From positions 3,392-67,391 of the forward strand of contig UQUN01000010.1 of the NCBI GenBank assembly GCA_900544175.1: 64,000 nt of DNA, read 5' to 3'. The position numbers and the translations under genes were made by a program. The notes below the pieces were generated by a model, which worked only from the letters and a program-made list of their open reading frames with translations, ran no database searches and was not told the origin of the DNA. Source of the stretch: an uncultured Alistipes sp. (GTDB taxonomy: Bacteria > Bacteroidota > Bacteroidia > Bacteroidales > UBA932). Of the stretch, positions 37,636 to 47,219 are shown one piece after another. Position 1 is the stretch's first letter; each line of letters begins with the position of its first letter.

Positions 37636-37667
37636 GAAAAAGGGCCGTCCCGAGGTGGAACGGCCCT
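37636..37667 (-). terminator. Rho-independent terminator after the minus-strand OM barrel gene
   Basis: AGGGCCG-tcccgaggtggaa-CGGCCCT with T-tract on the minus strand (A-run 37637-37641 on plus), 25 nt past the stop codon. Confidence 0.6.
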
Positions 37668-37692
37668 TGATGTCTGTATACCGCTGTATGGG

Positions 37693-38526
37693 TCAGAAGC
37701 GGAAACCAAGCTTGAGACGCGGCATGGTCAGCAGTTTGATGTCATGATTGATCGCCCTGTAAGGGGTCATTCCTGAGGGATGCAGTTCCATGACGCTGCA
37801 CTGGTACATGGCCGGACTGACCTCAACACCGAGTACAAGGCCTGGAGCGAGGATGTAGTCGATACCGGCTACGATACCGCCCTGTACGGCCCAGGCCTGT
37901 CCGGCCTGGTATGACGGAACATACAGCTCTATCGGCTCTCCGTCAGAGGCTGTTTCACCGGTGTATGGAAGCATTGTCTCCAGTCTGGCGAACTGGTATC
38001 CGAACACTACTCCTATGTATGGAGCGATCCGCTGGTTCTCAGGCCGGAAGTAATAGTTGGTACCTAACTGTACATAGAAGACGTGGTTCGTTCTTCCTAT
38101 GATGTAGCCTGCATCCGGCACTGGCATCTCGGGTACCGTGAAGTCACCTTCGATGAAGTCTTTCTTGGGTGTCAGGTTGATATTCATCCCGAACATCACG
38201 TTCACGTCGAAACGCTCGTGCACAAATACGCTGTAACGGATACCTATGGTATTGACAATGCTGTTTCCATTCATACTGCCCAGATCCAGGAACTTCAGGG
38301 GCATGCCCTTGAAGCCTATTTCTGTGCCGTCTCCTATACCGTCACTGTAGGGCATCAGGTAGTCCATGCCATAGGTCTCGTTGTAGAGCGAGAAACTGGA
38401 TGAACCCAGCAGCAGCGAGAACTGCATGTCCCCCGCCTTGGGAGCCTCTATGTCATAGACCTGAGCCACTGCCGGAGAGGCGGTCAGTAACACGGCCATT
38501 ATTGTTATGAATAGATTTTTTCTCAT
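37693..38526 (-). CDS. Small outer-membrane beta-barrel protein (277 aa)
   Basis: Signal peptide MRKNLFITIMAVLLTASPAVAQ, alternating strand pattern, C-terminal ...RLKLGFRF. Confidence 0.55.
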   Translation of the reverse strand: MRKNLFITIMAVLLTASPAVAQVYDIEAPKAGDMQFSLLLGSSSFSLYNETYGMDYLMPYSDGIGDGTEIGFKGMPLKFLDLGSMNGNSIVNTIGIRYSVFVHERFDVNVMFGMNINLTPKKDFIEGDFTVPEMPVPDAGYIIGRTNHVFYVQLGTNYYFRPENQRIAPYIGVVFGYQFARLETMLPYTGETASDGEPIELYVPSYQAGQAWAVQGGIVAGIDYILAPGLVLGVEVSPAMYQCSVMELHPSGMTPYRAINHDIKLLTMPRLKLGFRF

Positions 38527-38537
38527 AGCACTGTCAA

Positions 38538-41198
38538 TTAAGCTTCAGCTCCGATGATGTTTGTAAGGAAGTCGCTCAGAAGATCATTGTAGAAGTTGAA
38601 TCTTTCAAGCAGGGAATCGTACTGTTCCTGCAGATCCTCGACTCTGCGCTCGGCATCCTCGATGGCTACTGCGCCCGGATCATCTGCGTTCTCAAGTCTC
38701 TCGAGGTTTGCATTGGCTTTCTCCAGCTCGAGCTCGGCGCTTTCAAGTTCGCCCTGAAGTACCTCTATGCGGGCATCCCTTATTCCCTCAAGATCGTCAG
38801 TGAGAGGATTGTAGATAGTGCCATCTATCTCTATTTCAACTCCCATGATGATGCTTTCGATGATGCCTTTTGTGGTGTTTAGCCTGCTTATCTGATTGTT
38901 CAGAGTCTGCTCCTGGCTGTTTATCTCCTGTATCTCAAGATCTATCTGCGTGATTATGTCGTCCTGCTCTGCGATACGTGCATATAAGTCTACGATCTTG
39001 TTGTTAAGCTCCAGTACTTTCTCGTACAATCCCTTTATGGTCTCGTTGTCTATGACGCCTACTGCCGCGAGTTCGTCATACATGGCCTGGATGTCCTCGG
39101 TCAAAGCAGGGAGCTCTGTGAGATTGTCGAAGTATGCGGTGACACTTTCTTCGATGAACTGATAATAGTATACACTGAATGTACTTGAGCTAAGGAAGTC
39201 ATTTGCACCAGATTGATAGCCGAGGTCTCTGTAGTACTGGTCTACTATATCAGGATCAGTCAAGTACAATATATATGGATTGTATATGTCATTCGGAGAG
39301 AATTCAAATCCGACGTACTCACCCAGCTTGTAGGTTTCGGTGGTCATTTCTGTTTCCTCGAACTCCAATGCATACAGGTACTGTGATGTCTCGTTCCATC
39401 TCTGCAGTATGCTCCATGCGGTCGTGTCCGCGTTGTATTCAGGCTCATAGGAACTCCAGATGTCATAAAGACTGCTGTTGTAGTTGTAGTTTGAGTTCTG
39501 TACTGCAGACATTACGAAATTGATATCAATGTGGTTCGCCTCTGTCGCATCTGAGGTAAGGTTGGCGTACGTGATCAGCTCCCATCCGTCATAGGCATTG
39601 TTGAAGAGTGTGTCGCGCACTTCCTGTTCCTGACGAATGGTGTTGAGCGCGGCGGTCACGATGGTCTGCACCGCCGAGCCGTCAAGGGCTGTGCCTTCGT
39701 CTACAAGTGTCTGAAGTTCCGCAGCTGCCTCCAATGCCTTTGTCATAAGGTTGTCGGACTCATAGTAATTGCGGTTGATGATGCCGTACTCGGCGGCGAA
39801 TTCGGTGTATTCCTCCCTGGCCTGACGGAACTGGTTCAGGTTGTGGTCGTATGTCTCGTAGAATCTTGACTGCTCGAGATTAAGTCTGAAGTTCTCGAAT
39901 TCGTCTCTGAGATTCTGGATAGCGGGATCGGACAGTACATACTGGCTGACGGCGTCCGTGAGTGCAGGCAGGATATAGTTGTAGTTGTCTATCTCTCTGG
40001 CTTTCCAGGAGAATACGCCTGAAGGCAGGGCATACTTGAAATTGACATACTCAAAATCCGAGATAATATCTATATCGATGGAGTTGTTGTATATCAGGTC
40101 ATATATTGCGGACTGGATGGCGCCGCCTACGATGCTGGCGATGGGGTCCGTTATTGCGATCTCCCTTATGGCGTAGTAGTCGAGCTCGGACTTGTCTCCT
40201 CCGCTGTAGATCTGCTCCATCAGGTCGTTGATTTCCTCGTTGACGAGATCGATGCTGTCCTGCAGCTCGGCCTTGACAGCTTCAGGCTCAATCTTCTCAT
40301 ATGCCTTCGCATCGGCATCTATACGGATCTGTGCAATCTGGGAATTGAGTCCGGCTATCTCGTTGTCGATGGACTCTACTTCTGCCATAAGTTCCTCAGT
40401 GCCTCCTGTAAGGTCGAGACCACGCACTTCCTCTATCTCGGCATTGAGGTTGTCTACTTCCCTCTGCCATTCGTTTACATTGTTGACGTACTGCTGATGC
40501 AGTATTAGAGAGTCGTATCCGCGACCGTATTTGAGGTCAACAAGAGTGTTCTGGGCGTTTATCAGGTCGGACTCGACACCGTCCAGCTGTGCCTGAATCA
40601 TGTCAATCTGGTTGATGTACTGGTCAAGCTTGTTCTGCTCTGCGTCCGAAAGACCGTGCTTGGCGGCCTCTATGTCGCGAAGTGTTTGATCATAAGTGGC
40701 TTGGGCTTGAGCAAGCTTTGTCTGAAGTTCAAGCAACTCGAGTTCGTGCTGCTGGACCATTGTCTCTTTCTCAAGCTCGATTCGCTGTTTTTCAAGATCT
40801 AACTGCATCTGGAGCATCTCAAGTTCGGCAATCTGCATCTTGAGCTCTTCGATGGCTGCGTTGTTCTCTTCCTGTCTAAGCAGGTATTCCAGCTCCATCA
40901 GCTTGATCTGATGCTCGTTCCAAGCCTCCTGATATTCGAGGTCAAGTTCTTTCTGGCGAAGTTCCAGCTCCTTTATCTGGTTCTCCAGAAGCTGTCCTTG
41001 GGTGAGAGCCTCCTGCATGGCGGCCTCTGCCTCGATCAGGGCGATACGGGCCTGCTCGTAAGCGGCCTGTGCGCGGATTAGTTCTGATTTGGCATTGCGA
41101 AGATCCTCAATGCCCGCCGGCTCGGTATTGTCCAGGCATGAAGTAGCCATAAATGAGGACAGCCCGAGAATGGCGATTCCCAATAAAAATTTTCTCAT
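38538..41198 (-). CDS. 886-aa coiled-coil lipoprotein of unknown function
   Basis: Lipobox LGLSSFMATSC. About 230 aa of heptad E/Q/L-rich coiled coil, a central Tyr/Asn/Phe-rich region, then C-terminal coiled coil. Stop is 11 nt upstream of the barrel gene. Confidence 0.6.
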   Translation of the reverse strand: MRKFLLGIAILGLSSFMATSCLDNTEPAGIEDLRNAKSELIRAQAAYEQARIALIEAEAAMQEALTQGQLLENQIKELELRQKELDLEYQEAWNEHQIKLMELEYLLRQEENNAAIEELKMQIAELEMLQMQLDLEKQRIELEKETMVQQHELELLELQTKLAQAQATYDQTLRDIEAAKHGLSDAEQNKLDQYINQIDMIQAQLDGVESDLINAQNTLVDLKYGRGYDSLILHQQYVNNVNEWQREVDNLNAEIEEVRGLDLTGGTEELMAEVESIDNEIAGLNSQIAQIRIDADAKAYEKIEPEAVKAELQDSIDLVNEEINDLMEQIYSGGDKSELDYYAIREIAITDPIASIVGGAIQSAIYDLIYNNSIDIDIISDFEYVNFKYALPSGVFSWKAREIDNYNYILPALTDAVSQYVLSDPAIQNLRDEFENFRLNLEQSRFYETYDHNLNQFRQAREEYTEFAAEYGIINRNYYESDNLMTKALEAAAELQTLVDEGTALDGSAVQTIVTAALNTIRQEQEVRDTLFNNAYDGWELITYANLTSDATEANHIDINFVMSAVQNSNYNYNSSLYDIWSSYEPEYNADTTAWSILQRWNETSQYLYALEFEETEMTTETYKLGEYVGFEFSPNDIYNPYILYLTDPDIVDQYYRDLGYQSGANDFLSSSTFSVYYYQFIEESVTAYFDNLTELPALTEDIQAMYDELAAVGVIDNETIKGLYEKVLELNNKIVDLYARIAEQDDIITQIDLEIQEINSQEQTLNNQISRLNTTKGIIESIIMGVEIEIDGTIYNPLTDDLEGIRDARIEVLQGELESAELELEKANANLERLENADDPGAVAIEDAERRVEDLQEQYDSLLERFNFYNDLLSDFLTNIIGAEA

Positions 41199-41381
41199 AA
41201 ATAAAGAATTAATAAATGTTTAGTTTAGGTGGCCTCTTTTGCTTTGTGTCGGCTGTACCGGCCAGTTTAAGTACAACCTATATAGGTGTCAGTGAAGTTT
41301 GTTCACTGTAAAGATATGTATAATTTCTTAAAATGTGACATTCTTTTTCAAAAAAGACTATTTTTGTAGTAAAATAGACAG

Positions 41382-43703
41382 ATGTATATGGACACATTTT
41401 TCACAAATGTCGAAAAAGCCTATATAGGCTCAAAAAGACACAGGTTTACATCAAACATTCCCTACATTACAGTGGAGAACTTTCCCAAACTGGGAAAATT
41501 GACTGCATTCAGATTCCTGGAGTGGGCGGCAGAACATCCGGAAGGAGTGATAAGCCTGCCTACAGGCAAGACCCCGGAGTACTTCATTGCCTGGGTAAAG
41601 AGGATACTTGCAGAGTGGGACACTAAGGAGGGGGCTGCTTCCAGAGAGGAGAATGGACTGGACGTAAATGTAAAACCAGACTTGAGAGGACTGCATTTCG
41701 TACAGATCGACGAGTTTTACCCCATCGACCCGAGGCAGCACAACAGCTTTTACAACTACGTTCAGAAATACTATGTGGAGGGTTTCGGACTGGATGCCTC
41801 CAAAGGTATATTCATAAACTGCGACAGGATACCTCTCGTGGACGGAAAGCATTTTACGGAAGTGTTTCCCGATGGACGCATAGACCTGAGCCTGCGTTAC
41901 CGTGAGGCCAAGAGCGTGGCGGAGCGGATGCAGCAGAAGTCCATTTTCATGATTGACAACTGGTGCGCGGAATATGACCAGGCGGTAAGGGACATGGGTG
42001 GCATAGGATTTTTCCTCGGCGGTATCGGTCCTGACGGTCATATCGCCTTCAATGTGAGAGGAAGCGACCCTCATTCCACCACACGTCTGACACATACCAA
42101 TTATGAGACGCAGGCTGCATCGGCCAGTGATCTCGGCGGCATAGAGATTTCCAGGACCAAACCGGTGATCACTATAGGTCTTGAGACCATTACCCACAAT
42201 CAGGATGCAGTAGCCATAATTTTCGCGGCAGGAGAGGCGAAGGCGCCAGTCGTGGCCGACGCTCTTGAGAAGACTCCTTGCAACCTTTACCCGGCTTCAG
42301 TGCTGTCCAGATTGCCCAATGCAAGATTCTATCTTACAACAGGAGCTGCCTCCATGCTGCATGAGTCGGTCTACCATTATTATGTGGATTCTCCATGGTC
42401 TCAGGAAAAAACCGACAGGGCCGTCATTGACTGCTGCAACAGGATCAACAAGTACGGAGACAAGATCACTCTCGACGACCTCAGGGCAGACGAGTTCTGC
42501 AGCATGATACCCGGACTGGACGAGAACACCGTGCAGAGTGTTATAGACTCGCTTGCCGGAAAGATAGCGCGCGGAACATCGAACTGGAGCAATGAGGTCT
42601 TCTACTACACCGGTCCTCACCACGACGACATTCTGCTCGGTCTTCTGCCTCACATACACAGGGTGTCCCGCAATGAGACCAATGAGTCCCATTTTTCCAT
42701 CATGACCTCCGGATTCAATGCGGTGACCAACCATTTCCTCATCGATGCGCTTGAGGAGACGCTGAGATTCCTCGATGCCGGGAAAATAGAAATGACGGAC
42801 TATCCGGATTTCTTCGAGAGCGGCTGGAAAGAGAAACGGGAGAAGGACATCTATCACAGCCTTATCAATGTGGCCTCGGGAAATGTCGAGGAACGCAGGA
42901 GAGGTCGCGCACACAGGCTTGTGAGAGACTTCATCGAGATATATGGAGTAAAGAACAAAAAGGAGCTCCGGGACAAGATAACAGATGTTATAGAAGAGAC
43001 CCGCAGAAGCTATGACGGGCAGAAGATGTCTGCGGACATCCGGTTGCTGAAGGGCATGATCCGGGAGTTCGAGGAGGAGTTGGTATGGGGCTTCTTCGGT
43101 ATCAGGAACGAGAACGTGCATCATCTCAGACTCGGTTTCTATACTGGCGACATCTTTACGGAGCAGCCCAACCGCGAGCGTGATGTTGTGCCCATCCTCG
43201 AGGAGCTGCGCACAATCAGGCCGACAGTCATAAGCATTGCGTTCGATCCTGAGGGCAGCGGTCCGGATACCCACTACAAAGTGCTTCAGGCCATAGCAGA
43301 GGCTATCCGCGAGTGGGGCAAGGAAGCAGATCTTAGCAATCTCAGGATATGGGGGTACAGAAATGTGTGGTACAGGTTCCTGCCTTCCGAGGCTACGCAT
43401 ATCGTTCCTGTTTCGCTTAATGCGATGAGTGTATTCGACAATGCGTTCTGCAACTGCTATGCCTCGCAGGTACATGCGGATTTCCCGAGTTATATGCTGG
43501 ACGGCAAGTTCAGTGATCTGGCCAAGCTCATCTGGGTGGACCAGCTTTCCAAAGTACAGCACGTGCTCGGCAAGCCGTTCTTCTACCAGAATCCCAGCCC
43601 CAGGCTCAGGACCACTCACGGCCTGCTGTTCTTCAAGGAGATGGGTGTGGATGAGTTCCTGAAATCAGCCCGTGAGCTCCAGAAGTCCATGACCATCATA
43701 TAG
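41382..43703 (+). CDS. nagB: Glucosamine-6-phosphate deaminase-like, long form (NagB domain plus large C-terminal extension)
   Basis: N-terminal about 270 aa NagB/6-phosphogluconolactonase fold (...ISLPTGKTPE...GGIGPDGHIAFN...). About 450 aa extension. TATTTTTG -7 box at 41366. Confidence 0.7.
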   Translation: MYMDTFFTNVEKAYIGSKRHRFTSNIPYITVENFPKLGKLTAFRFLEWAAEHPEGVISLPTGKTPEYFIAWVKRILAEWDTKEGAASREENGLDVNVKPDLRGLHFVQIDEFYPIDPRQHNSFYNYVQKYYVEGFGLDASKGIFINCDRIPLVDGKHFTEVFPDGRIDLSLRYREAKSVAERMQQKSIFMIDNWCAEYDQAVRDMGGIGFFLGGIGPDGHIAFNVRGSDPHSTTRLTHTNYETQAASASDLGGIEISRTKPVITIGLETITHNQDAVAIIFAAGEAKAPVVADALEKTPCNLYPASVLSRLPNARFYLTTGAASMLHESVYHYYVDSPWSQEKTDRAVIDCCNRINKYGDKITLDDLRADEFCSMIPGLDENTVQSVIDSLAGKIARGTSNWSNEVFYYTGPHHDDILLGLLPHIHRVSRNETNESHFSIMTSGFNAVTNHFLIDALEETLRFLDAGKIEMTDYPDFFESGWKEKREKDIYHSLINVASGNVEERRRGRAHRLVRDFIEIYGVKNKKELRDKITDVIEETRRSYDGQKMSADIRLLKGMIREFEEELVWGFFGIRNENVHHLRLGFYTGDIFTEQPNRERDVVPILEELRTIRPTVISIAFDPEGSGPDTHYKVLQAIAEAIREWGKEADLSNLRIWGYRNVWYRFLPSEATHIVPVSLNAMSVFDNAFCNCYASQVHADFPSYMLDGKFSDLAKLIWVDQLSKVQHVLGKPFFYQNPSPRLRTTHGLLFFKEMGVDEFLKSARELQKSMTII

Positions 43704-43706
43704 CAT

Positions 43707-44390
43707 TTGCTGTACGACATGAGATATCCCGTCCTTATACTGCTTGTCTTGAGCATTTTCCTTTCGGATATGAGCGCTCAGGACATACATGATGGGGACG
43801 GGATGTTCATGCAATATATCGTAGAAAAGGGAGATACGGTCTACATAGACCAGCTCGATACTCTCTACAAGACTGCCAGGCGCAAGAAAAAGAGCAAGGA
43901 GTGGAGGAGGTATTCGAGACTGGTGCACAATTTTGCAAAAGCATATCCTTACGCTCTTCTGGCTGAGGAAAAACTCAGGGAGGCAGATTCGACCATTATT
44001 GCCGGAGACATGAACCGCAGACAGAAGAACCGTTACGTGAACATTCTGCAGGATGAGCTTTTCGACGTGTTCGAAAAGCCTCTGCGCAATCTTACGGTAA
44101 GTCAGGGAAAGCTGTTGCTCAGGCTTATCGACAGGCAGACGGGCATTACGTCCTACGAAATCATCAAGGACTACAAGGGAAAGGCAGCCGCTGGATTCTG
44201 GCAAGGTATAGCCAAATTGTTCGGGTCCGACATGAAACGGCCGTACGACCCTCTTGGGGAGGACAGGCAGACCGAGGAACTGGTCGCATTGTATCAGAAA
44301 GGGGAGTTCAACAGGCTGTACAGGTCGATTTTCGGCAGAAGCATGCCGGAACCGGTGGTCAGATCCCGTCTGGATGTCCGTCAGCAATGA
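43707..44390 (+). CDS. Conserved Bacteroidota secreted protein (DUF4294-like)
   Basis: Signal peptide. Family assignment from memory of the conserved basic/helical core. Start may be 43719. Confidence 0.45.
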   Translation: MLYDMRYPVLILLVLSIFLSDMSAQDIHDGDGMFMQYIVEKGDTVYIDQLDTLYKTARRKKKSKEWRRYSRLVHNFAKAYPYALLAEEKLREADSTIIAGDMNRRQKNRYVNILQDELFDVFEKPLRNLTVSQGKLLLRLIDRQTGITSYEIIKDYKGKAAAGFWQGIAKLFGSDMKRPYDPLGEDRQTEELVALYQKGEFNRLYRSIFGRSMPEPVVRSRLDVRQQ

Positions 44391-45153
44391 CCCGCAGCTC
44401 TCCGTCCGAGAATACTGCGTATTCGCCTCCGTCCACCCAGCATCCCAGAATATACATTCTTCCGCCTGAGGGAATATCGATTTCTCCTGGTGTGTGGTAG
44501 TGTCCGTATATATAATAGTCTATGCAGCGTCCGCCGTGTGCGGCCCTGTAGTCTTTCCCGAATGAGTCGGAATATTTGTACAGCGGCTCGTCCTTGCCAC
44601 GGAACACATAGACGCCTGCGTTCTCGGGAGAGTTCTTCATCTTTCTGGAATGGCCGGCCCATGCGTACCCGAGCCCGAAGGCCCACCTCGGATGCAGCGA
44701 ACTGAACAGAATTTGCAGAAACCGGTTGTGGAAAGCCCATCTGATGACGCGGAACATAGTGTCAGTCCTGCCGAGACCGTCTCCGTGCCCTATACAGAAG
44801 ACGCGCCCGCCGATTTCGGCCACATAAGGTTGCGTCAGTACGGTCATACCTATCTCACGCTCGAAATAGTCGTAGACCCAGACATCGTGGTTGCCCCTCA
44901 TGAAATAGACCTTGACACCGCTGTCGCATAGTCTGGCCAGCGCACCGAGGGCCCGTGTATGTCCTCTCGGGATCACATGGCGGTACTCGTACCAGAAATC
45001 GAAAATGTCTCCCAGCAGGTATACTGCCCCGGCCTTCTCTGCGGCGATTCTGTCAAGAAGCGACACGAAACGGGCCTCAAGTGCCGCCTTGTCGCAGAAA
45101 GCGGCACCGAGATGCACGTCCGAGATGAAATAGCACTTGCCGCCCGAATCCAT
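44359..45153 (-). CDS. lpxH: LpxH-family calcineurin-like metallophosphoesterase (probable UDP-2,3-diacylglucosamine diphosphatase)
   Basis: YFISDVHLG, LLGDIFDFW, MRGNHD, GHGD metallophosphoesterase motifs in LpxH order. Confidence 0.55.
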   Translation of the reverse strand: MDSGGKCYFISDVHLGAAFCDKAALEARFVSLLDRIAAEKAGAVYLLGDIFDFWYEYRHVIPRGHTRALGALARLCDSGVKVYFMRGNHDVWVYDYFEREIGMTVLTQPYVAEIGGRVFCIGHGDGLGRTDTMFRVIRWAFHNRFLQILFSSLHPRWAFGLGYAWAGHSRKMKNSPENAGVYVFRGKDEPLYKYSDSFGKDYRAAHGGRCIDYYIYGHYHTPGEIDIPSGGRMYILGCWVDGGEYAVFSDGELRVIADGHPDGI

Positions 45154-45166
45154 GTCCAGCAGGCTG

Positions 45167-45994
45167 TTATTTGAAGAATTCGAACACGAAGCAGAAAACG
45201 GCGGCGGCGCAGCAGTATATTGCGAAATAGCGGAGTCTGGCTTTCTGTACGATGCGGATCATCCAGCGGCATGCCGCATAGCCTGATACAAAGGCAGTCA
45301 GTGTCCCGAGAGTAAGCGAAAGAGCCGAGATTCCTGATTCGGAAGTCGAAAGGTCCCCGCTGACCAGCTGGAGAAACGCCTCCCCGAGAATGGGAATCAT
45401 AACCATGAGGAACGAGAACTGGGCCATCGAACTTTTTTTCACGCCGAGCATCAGACCAGTGGAAATAGTCGTGCCTGAACGTGACAGTCCGGGAAGTACG
45501 GCGCATGCCTGCGACAGACCGATAATGAAGGCATCCAGAAAACTGACTTCCCTGCCAGGCTCCTTTCCCTCGGCAGCTGCCCTGCGCGCCTGACGGTTGG
45601 ACAGGTATTCGCCCAGTGTGAGCAGCACGGCCGTGAGAAGCAGCATGGAGCCTACTATTACAAGGCCGGAGCCGAACACTGCCTCCACCTCATCCTTGAA
45701 GAAGACGCCTACCACAAACACCGGTATCATGGATACGCATATTTTCAGGAAATACTGAGTCTGCTGGTTGTACTTGAACTTGAATACACCGCTGATTATG
45801 TTCCAGATCTCCTTTCGGAAAGCGACTATCGTGCTGAGCACTGTCGCGGCATGTACAGCGACCTCGAAACTCAGATTGTCAGCATCTATGCCGAAAATGG
45901 CCTTGAATATGGTCAGATGACCGCTGCTGCTCACAGGAAGGAATTCTGTGAGCCCCTGGATAAGGCCCAGGACTACTGCTTGAAACCATTCCAT
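45167..45994 (-). CDS. uppP: Undecaprenyl-diphosphate phosphatase
   Basis: 275 aa, 8 [11 protein letters not shown] and SRSG family motifs. Confidence 0.9.
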   Translation of the reverse strand: MEWFQAVVLGLIQGLTEFLPVSSSGHLTIFKAIFGIDADNLSFEVAVHAATVLSTIVAFRKEIWNIISGVFKFKYNQQTQYFLKICVSMIPVFVVGVFFKDEVEAVFGSGLVIVGSMLLLTAVLLTLGEYLSNRQARRAAAEGKEPGREVSFLDAFIIGLSQACAVLPGLSRSGTTISTGLMLGVKKSSMAQFSFLMVMIPILGEAFLQLVSGDLSTSESGISALSLTLGTLTAFVSGYAACRWMIRIVQKARLRYFAIYCCAAAVFCFVFEFFK

Positions 45995-45999
45995 AGGGA

Positions 46000-46239
46000 T
46001 TACTTTTTATTGAACAGTCTTATGGGTCTGCGTCTGAGCAGGACAACCAACTCCGTTACAGCACCGAGCAGTATGAGAAACGGTGCGACATACATTCTTG
46101 TGAAGCTGAAAATAGCATAGCTGAATTCTTCCGGACTGTCGGATCCTCCTCCCAGCATCAGAAGATAGCCCAGTATCATGATCCCCAGACCGGCGGCCAG
46201 ATACTTGACATTCTCACGAGGTATTGCGAATTTATCCAT
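46000..46239 (-). CDS. DUF3098-like small membrane protein
   Basis: 79 aa, two TM helices, conserved position between ftsX and uppP. Confidence 0.5.
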   Translation of the reverse strand: MDKFAIPRENVKYLAAGLGIMILGYLLMLGGGSDSPEEFSYAIFSFTRMYVAPFLILLGAVTELVVLLRRRPIRLFNKK

Positions 46240-46250
46240 TTTCTTTTTAT

Positions 46251-47135
46251 TTAGTAATACAATTCATTTCTGGTCAACGAAATCATGCCTCTGACTCCGA
46301 CTGCTGTCGAAAGCATGCATATCAGGACTCCCAGCACTATCACGCCGACCGTCACGGCTGCGAGCAGCATGGCGTCGAACAGGGAGAACAACTGGTAGAA
46401 CTCATTGCGGACGAGATACAGGGATCCCAGGATGAGCACGTCGGCTACAGCTCCGGAAATAAGACCCTGGAAAAAGGCCTGTCCTATGAACGGCCTTGAT
46501 ATGAAGCCTTTTGTCGCGCCCACGAGGCGCATCGCATGTATCGTGAAGCGTTTGGAATATACGTTGAGGCGTACGGTATTGTTGATGAGTACCACAGAGA
46601 TGAAAAGCAGCAGGAGTACGAATACGCCGGCAACCATGCCTATCTTCTCGATATTGGCGTTAAGCAGTTCCACCAGCGACTGCTGGTATACCACATCCTC
46701 CACTTGAGGGAAACCGCGCAGCGAGGTCTCGATTGACTGAAGGCTGTCTGTGGATATGTATCCGGCCGGCACCTGAAGCTCTATGGACACCGGTACCGGA
46801 TTGACCTCGAAGACGTCCATGAAGTCCTCTCCGAGTATTTCCTTCATCTCCTCCACGCCTTCTTCCTTGGTGATGATTCTGATGCCGCGTACAAAAGGCT
46901 TGTCTTCAAGGTTGTCTGCGAGGTCAGAGGCGTCGGCCTCGTCAGCTTCCACATTGAGCACGGCCGTCACGGTGATGTTCTCCTTGAAATAGTTCGACAC
47001 AGAACGGGCGTTGACAGCCAGTACACCCACCATTCCGACAAGGAACAGTACGAGACTGATACTGGCCACTGATGAGAAATAGGATCTCAACAGTCTTCTG
47101 TACAGTATGTTACCCTCGTTTCCAGCCATTGGCAA
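46251..47135 (-). CDS. ftsX: Cell-division permease-like protein FtsX
   Basis: 294 aa. N-terminal TM, periplasmic domain, three C-terminal TM helices. No adjacent ftsE. Confidence 0.75.
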   Translation of the reverse strand: MPMAGNEGNILYRRLLRSYFSSVASISLVLFLVGMVGVLAVNARSVSNYFKENITVTAVLNVEADEADASDLADNLEDKPFVRGIRIITKEEGVEEMKEILGEDFMDVFEVNPVPVSIELQVPAGYISTDSLQSIETSLRGFPQVEDVVYQQSLVELLNANIEKIGMVAGVFVLLLLFISVVLINNTVRLNVYSKRFTIHAMRLVGATKGFISRPFIGQAFFQGLISGAVADVLILGSLYLVRNEFYQLFSLFDAMLLAAVTVGVIVLGVLICMLSTAVGVRGMISLTRNELYY

Positions 47136-47219
47136 GTTTCTTATAAATCCTCCAAAGATAAATAAAAAGATAATTAATTTAGATTTTTTATTATTATATT
47201 TGCAAAAAATGTATCTGAA

